From: Chitinophagales bacterium
Lineage (GTDB): Bacteria; Bacteroidota; Bacteroidia; Chitinophagales; JADJOU01
Assembly (NCBI GenBank): GCA_044368655.1
Contig: JBIPPB010000001.1
Coordinates: 11,317-75,316 of the forward strand
DNA length: 64,000 nucleotides
Direction of reading: 5' to 3'
The notes below the pieces were generated by a model. It did no database searches. It saw only the letters and a program-made list of their open reading frames with translations, and had not been told where the DNA came from. Below, in pieces: positions 9,246 to 18,547 of the stretch. How positions within the stretch are numbered: the stretch's first letter is position 1; each line of letters opens with the position of its first letter. The translations under genes were made by a program, and so were the position numbers.

Positions 9246-10523
9246 ATGCCTTATTTATTCACATCGGAGTCGGTATCCGAAGGTCATCCAGATAAAGTAG
9301 CGGATCAAATATCAGACGCACTTATTGATAATTTCTTAGCTTATGACCCTAACTCAAAAGTAGCTTGCGAAACATTAGTGACTACAGGTCAAGTAGTATT
9401 AGCGGGTGAAGTTAAAACCGAAACATTCTTAGATGTTCAATCTATTGCGCGTCAAGTTATCGAAAAAATTGGATATACAAAAAGTGAATACATGTTTGAT
9501 GCCAATTCTTGTGGTATTTTATCAGCTATTCATGAGCAATCTGACGATATAAATAGAGGTGTAGATCGTAAAGCCGAAATCACAGATTTTGAAGCGAAAG
9601 CGAACGCTCAAGGTGCAGGAGACCAAGGTATGATGTTTGGATATGCTACCAACGAAACCGATAATTATATGCCTTTAGCATTAGACTTGTCTCATAAATT
9701 ATTAGAAGAATTAGCAGCATTAAGAAGAGAAAATAATGAAATCAAATATTTGAGACCGGATGCAAAAAGTCAGGTAACTATTGAATATTCTGACGACCAC
9801 AAACCTTCAAGAATTGACACGATTGTAATTTCTACGCAACATGATGATTTTGATGAAGAAGGAAAAATGTTAGCTAAAATCAAAAGTGATTTAATTTCTA
9901 TTTTAATTCCAAGAGTAAAAAAACAATTAAAACCCGAAATTCAAGCCTTATTCAATGACCAAATCACGTATCATATTAATCCTACAGGGAAATTTGTAAT
10001 TGGTGGTCCTCATGGCGATACAGGTTTGACAGGAAGAAAAATCATTGTAGATACGTATGGTGGAAAAGGTGCTCATGGTGGTGGCGCATTTAGCGGAAAA
10101 GATCCTAGTAAAGTAGATCGAAGTGCGGCGTATGCTACAAGACATATCGCAAAAAATATGGTTGCTGCAGGTCTTTGCGATGAGGTTTTAGTTCAAATTT
10201 CTTATGCTATTGGCGTAGCAAAACCTTGCGGATTGTATGTTAATACGAATGGAACCTCAAAAATCAATAAAAATGACGGCGAAATAGCTCGAATTATTGA
10301 AACGATTTTTGATATGAGACCATATGCTATCGAACAACGTTTGAATCTTAGAACACCAATGTACCTAGAAACTGCTGCTTACGGGCACATGGGAAGAGCC
10401 AATCAAAAAATAACAAAAACGTTTAACAAAGGAAAATCGAACGAAAAAACCATGGAAGTAGAATTATTTACATGGGAACGTTTGGATTTTGTAGATCAAA
10501 TTAAAACTGCTTTTGGAATATAA
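9246..10523 (+). CDS. metK: S-adenosylmethionine synthetase
   Basis: 425 aa. Motifs [26 protein letters not shown] and [19 protein letters not shown]. Confidence 0.97.
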   Translation: MPYLFTSESVSEGHPDKVADQISDALIDNFLAYDPNSKVACETLVTTGQVVLAGEVKTETFLDVQSIARQVIEKIGYTKSEYMFDANSCGILSAIHEQSDDINRGVDRKAEITDFEAKANAQGAGDQGMMFGYATNETDNYMPLALDLSHKLLEELAALRRENNEIKYLRPDAKSQVTIEYSDDHKPSRIDTIVISTQHDDFDEEGKMLAKIKSDLISILIPRVKKQLKPEIQALFNDQITYHINPTGKFVIGGPHGDTGLTGRKIIVDTYGGKGAHGGGAFSGKDPSKVDRSAAYATRHIAKNMVAAGLCDEVLVQISYAIGVAKPCGLYVNTNGTSKINKNDGEIARIIETIFDMRPYAIEQRLNLRTPMYLETAAYGHMGRANQKITKTFNKGKSNEKTMEVELFTWERLDFVDQIKTAFGI

Positions 10524-10543
10524 ATCAAACTTTTAGTTCTATA

Positions 10544-10587
10544 AAAAAAAATAGCCCGAAATTTAAATTTCGGGCTATTTTTTTGAT
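10544..10587. terminator. Bidirectional rho-independent terminator
   Basis: Perfect palindrome aaaaaaatagcccgaaattt / aaatttcgggctattttttt with an A-run on one side and a T-run on the other. Lies between convergent metK (+) and the 10661..11053 (-) gene. Confidence 0.75.
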
Positions 10588-10660
10588 AATAAAAAAGCAA
10601 TTTAACCAAAATTAATATTACATATTATACTTTTAATTAATCTAAAGCGAAAAATTTGAA

Positions 10661-11053
10661 CTAACCTAAAAACGGTTTTAACATATCATAGGTTTTCTGG
10701 TCAATTTTAAAATATTTTGAAGAGCTCGGATTTTCAATACTAAAATAAAACAGTTTATAAACGGGGCTGTAAAACACAAAAATGGCTAACGGGGCATCTT
10801 GTTCACAAATAAAATCAATTTTTGCTACTTCATAATCTTTATCCGTTGGCTGTATCGATTCATTCTTAACCACAGAAAGTAGTTTTTCTTTATACTCTAT
10901 TGGGATTTGTGTGGCTTGTTTGTTTTTAAAAACAAAAACCTCAATATTTTTACAATTTTGTTTAACCTTTTGAATAGTATAATCAATATTATTTCCATAT
11001 AAAATATGAAAACAAAAACTTAAAATAAAAAGAAAACAAAATTTAATCTTCAT
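10661..11053 (-). CDS. Hypothetical secreted protein
   Basis: 130 aa. Signal-like MKIKFCFLFILSFCFHILYG. No family recognised. Confidence 0.5.
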   Translation of the reverse strand: MKIKFCFLFILSFCFHILYGNNIDYTIQKVKQNCKNIEVFVFKNKQATQIPIEYKEKLLSVVKNESIQPTDKDYEVAKIDFICEQDAPLAIFVFYSPVYKLFYFSIENPSSSKYFKIDQKTYDMLKPFLG

Positions 11054-11349
11054 CGACTTTAATTTACTTACACTATAGTTTTATCAAAGCATGTGCCAAA
11101 GTTATTTTTTTTTTATTTATTTAGAAAGCGGTCTATTTTGTTTATTAAACGTAAAAAGAAACTCGAAATTCAACAACTGTTCCACAAAATCATACAATTT
11201 CTGTATTGTAAATACTCCATAATTTGTACATTGATTATAATTATCCAAAACGAATCTTTGGATTATACCGTATATATAATCAATATAGTCCTATCTTCGA
11301 TTCTCTTGATTGTACTATTTGCTTGTTATCACGGTGTTTACCCCTCTAA

Positions 11350-11381
11350 ACTTATAAAATAGTTTGAACTATTTTATAAGT
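11350..11381. promoter_or_regulatory. 32-bp near-perfect palindrome (candidate operator or hairpin) upstream of the Leu dehydrogenase gene
   Basis: acttataaaatagtt-tg-aactattttataagt: 15-nt arms that are exact reverse complements around a 2-nt centre. Ends 66 nt upstream of ATG 11448. Confidence 0.5.
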
Positions 11382-11447
11382 AAGATTGGTATTAGTTCCT
11401 ATTTTTTATCTAAAAAGCCGTATTATTGCGCTCGAAATTAATCGTAT

Positions 11448-12533
11448 ATGTCCATTGAAATTCAATCTAATTTATTTGAAAACATCTCTACTTTTGAACA
11501 CGAACAAATTGTTCATTGTTATTGCAAAGACACCGGGCTAAAAGCTATTATAGCCGTTCATGACACCACATTAGGGCCCTCTTTAGGAGGTACGCGGGTT
11601 TGGAATTATACCCACGAAGCTGAAGCGCTAAACGACGTATTAAGATTGTCGCGTGGAATGACGTACAAAAGTTCAATTAGTGGCATTAATTTAGGCGGCG
11701 GCAAAGCTGTAATTATAGCTGATGAAAACGTAAAGCGCGATGAATTCTTTTGGAGACGATATGGTAAATTTGTAGATAAACTTAGTGGTAAATATATTAC
11801 AGCCGAAGATGTGGGAACATCAACGAAAGAAATAGAATATATCTCATTAGAAACCAAACATGTATCTGGCAAGCCTGTATTTTTAGGTGGTGGTGGCGAC
11901 CCAAGTCCATTTACAGCTTATGGTGTATATTTGGCAATGAAAGCCAGTTGGAAAAAAATTACGGGTAGCGAATCGTTACAAAATGTTCATATTGCCGTTC
12001 AAGGCACGGGACACGTAGGTCAGTATTTAATTGATTTATTGGCAAAAGAAAATGCTAAGATAAGCATCGCCGACATTAACGCTCAAAATATTGCGTTAGT
12101 TACAAGCAAACATAACGTTCAAGTCGTTGATCCAAATGAAATTGCAAAAATGGAATGCGATATTTATGCACCTTGTGCACTTGGCGCTACGGTAAATAGT
12201 GCATCTATAGACCAGTTAAAATGCAAAGTAATTTGCGGCGCGGCGAATAATCAATTAAAAGATGAATTGTTAGATGGCAACGCGGTGATGCAACGTGGTA
12301 TTTTATATGCCCCTGATTTTTTAATTAATGCCGGTGGAGTTATTAATTGCTATAGTGAAGTTTTAGGCAATTATAGCAAAGAACAAACCATGAGCCTTAC
12401 CGATATGATTTACAATCGAGTTCTTGAAATTTACTTAAAAAGTGAAATTGAAAAAATAAATACCCAACAAGCTGCTATTTCAATTGCTAAAGAGCGTATT
12501 GAAAAAGCAAAAAACTTAAATGCCAAATGGTAA
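11448..12533 (+). CDS. Leucine (Leu/Phe/Val) dehydrogenase
   Basis: 361 aa. Glu/Leu/Phe/Val dehydrogenase family: GPSLGGTR, catalytic-Lys region GGGKAVI, NAD-binding GTGHVG. Confidence 0.85.
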   Translation: MSIEIQSNLFENISTFEHEQIVHCYCKDTGLKAIIAVHDTTLGPSLGGTRVWNYTHEAEALNDVLRLSRGMTYKSSISGINLGGGKAVIIADENVKRDEFFWRRYGKFVDKLSGKYITAEDVGTSTKEIEYISLETKHVSGKPVFLGGGGDPSPFTAYGVYLAMKASWKKITGSESLQNVHIAVQGTGHVGQYLIDLLAKENAKISIADINAQNIALVTSKHNVQVVDPNEIAKMECDIYAPCALGATVNSASIDQLKCKVICGAANNQLKDELLDGNAVMQRGILYAPDFLINAGGVINCYSEVLGNYSKEQTMSLTDMIYNRVLEIYLKSEIEKINTQQAAISIAKERIEKAKNLNAKW

Positions 12534-12537
12534 TAAT

Positions 12538-13479
12538 ATGATTAGTCGACGAAGTGTAAGAATAAAAGTAGCTCAAAGTATCTATAGCCATAGCTATGAT
12601 ATTGATTTAAATGAGCAAATTATTCTTAAAGATTTTAATGAAAGTATCGAAAAAACAATTTCATTGCATCTTGTAGTTTTGTATATTATTCGACAAGTTT
12701 TTAATTACTCAAATGAGCATTTGAATGTGTTGAACAATAAAAAATTATTAGAAGCTTCTGAAAAAAACGTGAATTTATCGATTTTAAATACACAGTTTAT
12801 GAAGTTTTTAAATGAAGATGAAGACCTTGCGAAGAACTTTAAAAAATATAAGATTGTTCAATACAACATTCCCGAGTTTGAAAAAAGAATGTATTTTAAA
12901 GCTATTGAATTGCCTGAATATAAGACGTTCTTAGAAAATCCAAATGAGCATTCGGCTTATGAATTTTACAAGAAATTTTTCAATAAAATATTTTTTGTAG
13001 ATGAAGAGCTATTAAGTCATTTTGAAGACTTTTTTGTCAATGTAGAAGAAGATTTAGATTTAATTCATTTTGCTTTAAAACGAACGTTAAAAAACAATTC
13101 GGAACGAAGCGAAACAGAGCGCTTTCGTCTTTCGATTGGGCATTATGAATGGAAAAAAGAAGGCGAATTTGCTCAAAACTTAGTTAAATCATACATTCAT
13201 TTTAATCAAGAAGCTACGGACGTTATTACCCCCAAATTAGTGGGTTGGGATTATGATCGTATCCCAAAAATTGAGATGATTTTGATCAAAATGGCATTAT
13301 GCGAGTTTTTATTTTTCGAAACAATCCCTACTAAAGTTACCATAAACGAGTATTTAGATTTAACAAAAATATTTTGTGATCCTAAAAGTAAAACCTTTGT
13401 AAACGGTATTTTAGATGCTATTTTAAAGGATTTTACGAATCAAAATAAAATATTAAAAATAGGTAGAGGACTTGAATAA
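12538..13479 (+). CDS. nusB: Transcription antitermination factor NusB (long Bacteroidetes form)
   Basis: C-terminal NusB domain (DRIPKIEMILIKMALCEFLFF...INEYLDL...FVNGILDAI) with a long N-terminal extension. I chose ATG 12538; the track ORF starts at 12520, overlapping the upstream stop. Confidence 0.75.
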   Translation: MISRRSVRIKVAQSIYSHSYDIDLNEQIILKDFNESIEKTISLHLVVLYIIRQVFNYSNEHLNVLNNKKLLEASEKNVNLSILNTQFMKFLNEDEDLAKNFKKYKIVQYNIPEFEKRMYFKAIELPEYKTFLENPNEHSAYEFYKKFFNKIFFVDEELLSHFEDFFVNVEEDLDLIHFALKRTLKNNSERSETERFRLSIGHYEWKKEGEFAQNLVKSYIHFNQEATDVITPKLVGWDYDRIPKIEMILIKMALCEFLFFETIPTKVTINEYLDLTKIFCDPKSKTFVNGILDAILKDFTNQNKILKIGRGLE

Positions 13480-13515
13480 AATTGAAATGTGGCAACCTCC
13501 ACTAAAAGAAAAGAA

Positions 13516-14538
13516 ATGATACAACAAAAACCTTGTGCAATTGTTATATTAAACTGGAATGGGGCTTCATTTTTAAGTGCATATTTGCCTATTCTTTTAC
13601 AAAAAACGAATCCAGTTTTAGCAACTATATATGTTGTGGATAACGATTCAACGGATGAATCATTTGAAGTTGTCAAACAATTTGAAGCTATACAATGGAT
13701 TTCAAATGATAAAAATTATGGCTTTGCACAAGGATATAACGAAGGATTAAAAAATATCACAGAACCGATTCTTTGCATCATGAATAGTGATATTGAAGTG
13801 TCGGATCAATGGCTGGAACCAATTCTAAATGCGTTTCAACAAAATCCAAATCTTGGTACTTGTCAGCCAAAAATTTTAGACCTCAAAAACAAACAAAAAT
13901 TTGAATATGCCGGCGCATCGGGTGGTTTTATCGACCGTTTTGCTTACCCAGTTTGTAGAGGACGTTTTTTTGAAGATATTGAAGAAGACTTAGGTCAATA
14001 TGACGATGCTATTCCCATTTTTTGGGCAAGTGGCTGTTGTTTATTTATTCGTAATCAAGTGTTTAGAGAAGTTGGTGGCTTTGATGGCGATTATTTTGCA
14101 CATCAAGAAGAGATCGACTTATGTTGGCGCGTTCAAAATTACGGATATGATATTTATGTATTCCCAAAATCGGTGGTTTATCATTATGGAGGCGGTAGTT
14201 TGCCTTATGGCAGCTACCTTAAATCGTATTTAAATTTTAGAAATAGTTTATTTAATATTTTCAAAAATGTGGACTTTCCCAAAATGCCTTTTGTGGTTTT
14301 TTTTAGGCTCGTTTTAGATGGTATTGCTGCAATACATTCTATTATAGATACCAAAAGTTTACGAGTGGTCAAAGCTATTTTTATGGCGCATATGGCTTTT
14401 TATTACAATATTCCAAAGTTGATTCGAAAACGAAAACAAATAAAGTACAAAGGTTTTCCTAAAACGACTTTTAAAAAATATATTCTGATCGACCGCTTTT
14501 GGTATCGTTGCACGAAATTTACGGAATTGTTAAACTAA
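13516..14538 (+). CDS. Family 2 glycosyltransferase
   Basis: Motifs AIVILNWNG, VVDNDSTDES and QEEIDLCWR. ATG at 13516 (MIQQKP); the track ORF starts at GTG 13489. Confidence 0.85.
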   Translation: MIQQKPCAIVILNWNGASFLSAYLPILLQKTNPVLATIYVVDNDSTDESFEVVKQFEAIQWISNDKNYGFAQGYNEGLKNITEPILCIMNSDIEVSDQWLEPILNAFQQNPNLGTCQPKILDLKNKQKFEYAGASGGFIDRFAYPVCRGRFFEDIEEDLGQYDDAIPIFWASGCCLFIRNQVFREVGGFDGDYFAHQEEIDLCWRVQNYGYDIYVFPKSVVYHYGGGSLPYGSYLKSYLNFRNSLFNIFKNVDFPKMPFVVFFRLVLDGIAAIHSIIDTKSLRVVKAIFMAHMAFYYNIPKLIRKRKQIKYKGFPKTTFKKYILIDRFWYRCTKFTELLN

Positions 14539-14551
14539 TTTTAAATTCAAA

Positions 14552-15268
14552 ATGACTTTAATCAAAAGCACTTTTGTAAGTTATTTATTTGCATCTATAC
14601 ATTTATCGATTATTGGTTTTCTGTATGGTTATCTCCATCCATTAAGCTTTAAAGCATCGTTTCATATATCGGTGAGTGTTTTTATTGCATATAATTTTAT
14701 GCGAATATTAAAAATCCAAGATTTTGAAAAAATTCAAGCAAATAGACATTTGTTGTGGATTTCAAAAAATCTTACCGAAATCGTTTTTGCATTAGTTTTT
14801 GCCATATTATATTGGGTTATTGGCATTTCCGAAATCGAAAATAAATTCCTATGGGGTTTTTTAGCGTTGCTTAGTATTGTTTACGTTCGTGCTCGGTCTA
14901 TTTTCGTAATTAAAAATGTAATTATTGGTTTGGTTTGGGCTTTGATTCCTTGGGTATACTCCAATCAAATTTCAGCGCTCTGGACGGGATTTTTATTTAT
15001 TTATATCACCTGGTTATCCATAATTTATGATGAAAAAGATGCTGAGAAATTAAGCGAAAAATCTTTTCTTCTGAAAAAAATAGGATATATTTTGCTATGT
15101 ATTTCTATATTGTTTTTCTTTTTAGAAACCAAAAATAGTATGCTCACTGCTATTTTTGCAGTATTTCAAATGATATTGATTTTATTTTTTAGAAAACCAA
15201 AAAAATACGAAACCTATCTTTTTATTATTGATTTATGGATTTTAGTTCCATTTATTAAAACATTATGA
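14552..15268 (+). CDS. Polytopic integral membrane protein, family unknown
   Basis: 238 aa, hydrophobic throughout (about 7 helices by eye). Follows the GT2 gene. Confidence 0.55.
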   Translation: MTLIKSTFVSYLFASIHLSIIGFLYGYLHPLSFKASFHISVSVFIAYNFMRILKIQDFEKIQANRHLLWISKNLTEIVFALVFAILYWVIGISEIENKFLWGFLALLSIVYVRARSIFVIKNVIIGLVWALIPWVYSNQISALWTGFLFIYITWLSIIYDEKDAEKLSEKSFLLKKIGYILLCISILFFFLETKNSMLTAIFAVFQMILILFFRKPKKYETYLFIIDLWILVPFIKTL

Positions 15269-15269
15269 A

Positions 15270-15425
15270 TTAAAACAATCGCGCTTTACTTCGTTTGGCT
15301 TTTTTAGTTTTCTTTTGCTCGATTTTCTGATTTTCTTCAGGTGTATTGTAGGTAGGGCAAGAATTCTTTTTACATCCAAAAAGGATCAAAAAACTAAAGA
15401 AAAGAATGAATTTATTTGCTTTCAT
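15270..15425 (-). CDS. Small putative lipoprotein (51 aa), not in ORF track
   Basis: My translation is MKANKFILFFSFLILFGCKKNSCPTYNTPEENQKIEQKKTKKAKRSKARLF*. Has lipobox LFGC. Its ATG lies 4 nt after the queE stop on the same strand. Confidence 0.4.
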   Translation of the reverse strand: MKANKFILFFSFLILFGCKKNSCPTYNTPEENQKIEQKKTKKAKRSKARLF

Positions 15426-15429
15426 AGTC

Positions 15430-16029
15430 TTAAGGTATATTTAAATATTTATGCGTTTGAATCGAAAGCTGCCAGTTGGGATTTTGTTGAATATATTCAA
15501 TTATTGTAGTACTCAACGATTCGCGATGATCCCATTCTACTTGAAGAAAACACTTCGTTTTTGAATCTATTTCACTTCGGTGCGTTTCACCCCAACGTAA
15601 GTCATTTGGATGGGCAACTATAATTTTAAGTTCATCCGAATTTTTATAATATTCCGCTAGTGGCTTTTTAAAGCGCTTGGGCGAAAAACAAACCCAGTCC
15701 CATGCACCGGTTAATGGATTCGTTCCCGAAGTTTCGATATGCGTACGCCAACCATTTTTTTGACACATTTGGGTTAATGGCTCCAAATTATGAAGCGTGG
15801 GTTCGCCACCTGTTACTACTATAATTTTTGTATTTGTAGCTTTTATATTTGTTTCTAATTCAGCTAACGTCATCTTTGGATGCGCATCGATTGGCCAACT
15901 TTCTTTTACGTCGCACCACGTACAGCCTACGTCACAGCCACCAAGTCTAATAAAATAAGCTGCCTTGCCGCTGTAAGCGCCTTCTCCTTGTAACGTATAA
16001 AAGTGTTCCATGACTGGATACGAAATCAT
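15430..16029 (-). CDS. queE: 7-carboxy-7-deazaguanine synthase (radical SAM)
   Basis: Motifs FYTLQGEG and LGGCDVGCTWCD (radical-SAM cluster). Start chosen at MISYPVMEHF (16029); the track ORF extends to 16089. Confidence 0.85.
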   Translation of the reverse strand: MISYPVMEHFYTLQGEGAYSGKAAYFIRLGGCDVGCTWCDVKESWPIDAHPKMTLAELETNIKATNTKIIVVTGGEPTLHNLEPLTQMCQKNGWRTHIETSGTNPLTGAWDWVCFSPKRFKKPLAEYYKNSDELKIIVAHPNDLRWGETHRSEIDSKTKCFLQVEWDHRESLSTTIIEYIQQNPNWQLSIQTHKYLNIP

Positions 16030-16158
16030 TCCAAATTGTATTAAAACTACAAAACTAATTAAAAAATAGGTAATTCGAGGATTTTTCAAAAAAATGGATG
16101 TTTGAATTCAAGGATTATTATACATTATGATCCCAACTCATCTTATTAGAAGTTTCTA

Positions 16159-16319
16159 AGATTCCCGATATTTTTGACTAAAACATACTTGTTTATTTAA
16201 ATTATAAGTTTCAAAAATTCGGGAATGACGCATACACGTTTCGTCATCCTCGAAAATTTTCAGCAACTACAAATTATTTTCATCTAGCTAATTCTAAATT
16301 GAAAATTTATCGGGGATCT
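16159..16319. repeat. Palindromic mosaic intergenic repeat, copy B (module order M2-M1)
   Basis: agattcccgatattttt...cgggaatgacg (16159..16230), then cgtcatcctcgaaaatttt...aaaatttatcggggatct (16242..16319). Same modules as 1135..1286 but permuted. Confidence 0.65.
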
Positions 16320-16357
16320 CAAATAAAAATGTCTCATTCAATTAGCAGTTAAATGCA

Positions 16358-18547
16358 TTGAATTGCAATTTGTTATGTAAATCTTTATTTTTTAATAATT
16401 ATTTTGAGTCAAATTTAAATTATATTTGCTCAACTAATTTTAAGGCATTGAGTTTTTTTATATCCAATTTTTGGTTTGTTTTGTTTTGTGCGGTTTTGTC
16501 ATTAGGTGCCTCTTGGATATTGTATTTTTATCAAAACCAAAAGAATAAATTTATCTTTAATGCGGCTTGGCAACGATATGTATTATTTACGCTTCGCTTT
16601 TTAGCTATATTTTTAATAGCATTGCTTTTATTAAATCCTTTTTTTAAAATTAAACACCAAGAAGAAATTACGCCAAAACTTGCTGTTTTATTAGATGTTT
16701 CCAAATCTATAGGATTGGCTAAAGGAATGGATACCAATACAATTAAAAATTGGACGAATAAAATCCAAGACGAGTTAGATAATGAGTATCAAATTTCTAT
16801 TATTCCATTTGCCGAAAAAATAGGAACCGCCGCAAATAAAATTCAGTTTGATGGAAAAGCAACGGATATTTATAATGCGCTTGCACATGTCGATGCTACT
16901 TTTGCCCAAGACCATTTAACTTCGTTGTGTTTAATTACGGATGGCAATTATAATTTAGGTAATAATCCGATTTATTATAATCTAACGACGCAGCCGAAAT
17001 TGGATGTTTTGTTGGTCGGCGACTCCACGCCTTTTTTTGACTTTTCGGTCGATTTTATTGATTTTAATCCTTTGTCTTATTTAAATGAAAAAACACCCAT
17101 AGCTATTCATGTAAGTGCCGATAAAGCCAATGGTGTTAAAAATCAATTATCCCTTTTTAAAGTAAATGGAAACCAAACACAATTACTTCAGCAAATAGGA
17201 TTTACTTCAAATCAAGAAAATTTTCAACAGATTCTGTCTATGACCATCAAACCCAATGTTTCTGGATTGCATCACTACAGGGCCGTGATTGGATGCGCTC
17301 AAGGCGAGGTAAATTGCAAGAATAATGTGATGGATTTTTATATTGAAGTTGTAGACGGAAAGAAAAATATTTTAATCCTTGCCGACGCACCGCATCCGGA
17401 TATTTCAGCTTTAAAATCAACGTTAAATCGTTATGACAATTATGCTGTAGAAGCGGAAATGATAGATGCTTTTTCTGGAGATGTATCTAAATACGACTTG
17501 GTTGTTTTCCATAATCTCCCATCAAAAAATAAAGATATTCAAGGTATTGTTAAATCTTTAAAACAACAACAAGTCTCGGTTTGGTATTGGGTAGGTACGC
17601 AAACTAATGTGCCCTTGCTCAATCAATCCCAACAGTTAGCCAAATTAAATATTCAAGGCAATTACATCCAAGAAGCGCGCCCGATTTTTAATTCTAATTT
17701 TTCATACTTTAGGGTCGAGCAAGAAACCATAAATCATTTAAACATTTTTCCTCCTACTACCTTTCCTTTTCTTGAAATAGAGCCCATTAAAGATATGCAA
17801 GTGCTTCTTTATCAAAAAATTGGAGCGATTTCAACTCAAAAACCGCTATGGACTTTGGGTTATGATGATCAACAAATGGTTGCAATTACATTGGGAGAAA
17901 ATATTTGGAAATGGCGCATTCAAGAAAATGCAAAATTTGGGAATTCCAATTCTTTTGACGAATGGATTCAAAAGATAACCAATATTTTAGCCATCAAAAA
18001 AGACAAAAAACAATTTAAAATTTATGCCTCTAAATCCATTTATGATGAATTTGAAACGATAATTTTAGATGCCACGATTTATAACAAAAGCTATCAATTG
18101 ATTAATACTCCCGATGTTAAACTTCAGATTAACGGAAACAATGGCTATAAAACGGAATTAGAAATGATTAAAAATGGCGATAAATACACCGTTAATTTAG
18201 GAAGTATTCCATCGGGAGATTATCAAATTTCGGGTTATACAGTTTTAGATGGCAAAAAACTAGAAGAAACAATTAAATTGTCGGTAAAGCCACAAAATTT
18301 AGAAGACCAATATAAAAATGCCAATTATTTGGATATGAAAAATTTAGCTTTAAATCACCAAGGCGCTGTTTATTTTTCAAATCAAATTGATGAATGGATC
18401 TCTAAAATGAAAGAAAATATCCCCCCAACAAAAATTAAAGAAATTCAAGACACTCTTGCTATGAATGATTTAATTTGGATATTGATATTGATTTTATCCC
18501 TTCTTTCTGCCGAATGGATACTCCGAAAATATTGGGGAAGTTATTAA
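16358..18547 (+). CDS. VWA-like membrane protein with BatA-type N-terminal double-TM region
   Basis: 729 aa. N-terminal helices plus LRFLAIFLIALLLLNPFF, MIDAS-like LLDVSKSIG, and a C-terminal TM helix. The start is uncertain (TTG 16358; no nearby in-frame ATG). Confidence 0.65.
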   Translation: MNCNLLCKSLFFNNYFESNLNYICSTNFKALSFFISNFWFVLFCAVLSLGASWILYFYQNQKNKFIFNAAWQRYVLFTLRFLAIFLIALLLLNPFFKIKHQEEITPKLAVLLDVSKSIGLAKGMDTNTIKNWTNKIQDELDNEYQISIIPFAEKIGTAANKIQFDGKATDIYNALAHVDATFAQDHLTSLCLITDGNYNLGNNPIYYNLTTQPKLDVLLVGDSTPFFDFSVDFIDFNPLSYLNEKTPIAIHVSADKANGVKNQLSLFKVNGNQTQLLQQIGFTSNQENFQQILSMTIKPNVSGLHHYRAVIGCAQGEVNCKNNVMDFYIEVVDGKKNILILADAPHPDISALKSTLNRYDNYAVEAEMIDAFSGDVSKYDLVVFHNLPSKNKDIQGIVKSLKQQQVSVWYWVGTQTNVPLLNQSQQLAKLNIQGNYIQEARPIFNSNFSYFRVEQETINHLNIFPPTTFPFLEIEPIKDMQVLLYQKIGAISTQKPLWTLGYDDQQMVAITLGENIWKWRIQENAKFGNSNSFDEWIQKITNILAIKKDKKQFKIYASKSIYDEFETIILDATIYNKSYQLINTPDVKLQINGNNGYKTELEMIKNGDKYTVNLGSIPSGDYQISGYTVLDGKKLEETIKLSVKPQNLEDQYKNANYLDMKNLALNHQGAVYFSNQIDEWISKMKENIPPTKIKEIQDTLAMNDLIWILILILSLLSAEWILRKYWGSY

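Noticed and set aside
11093-11362. 89-aa plus-strand ORF (GTG start) in the long gap upstream of the Leu dehydrogenase gene
   Set aside because: Its composition is typical of translated AT-rich non-coding DNA (I/L/F/K-rich). It has no promoter box or motif, and its stop lies inside the 32-bp palindrome. I treat the region as regulatory or non-coding.
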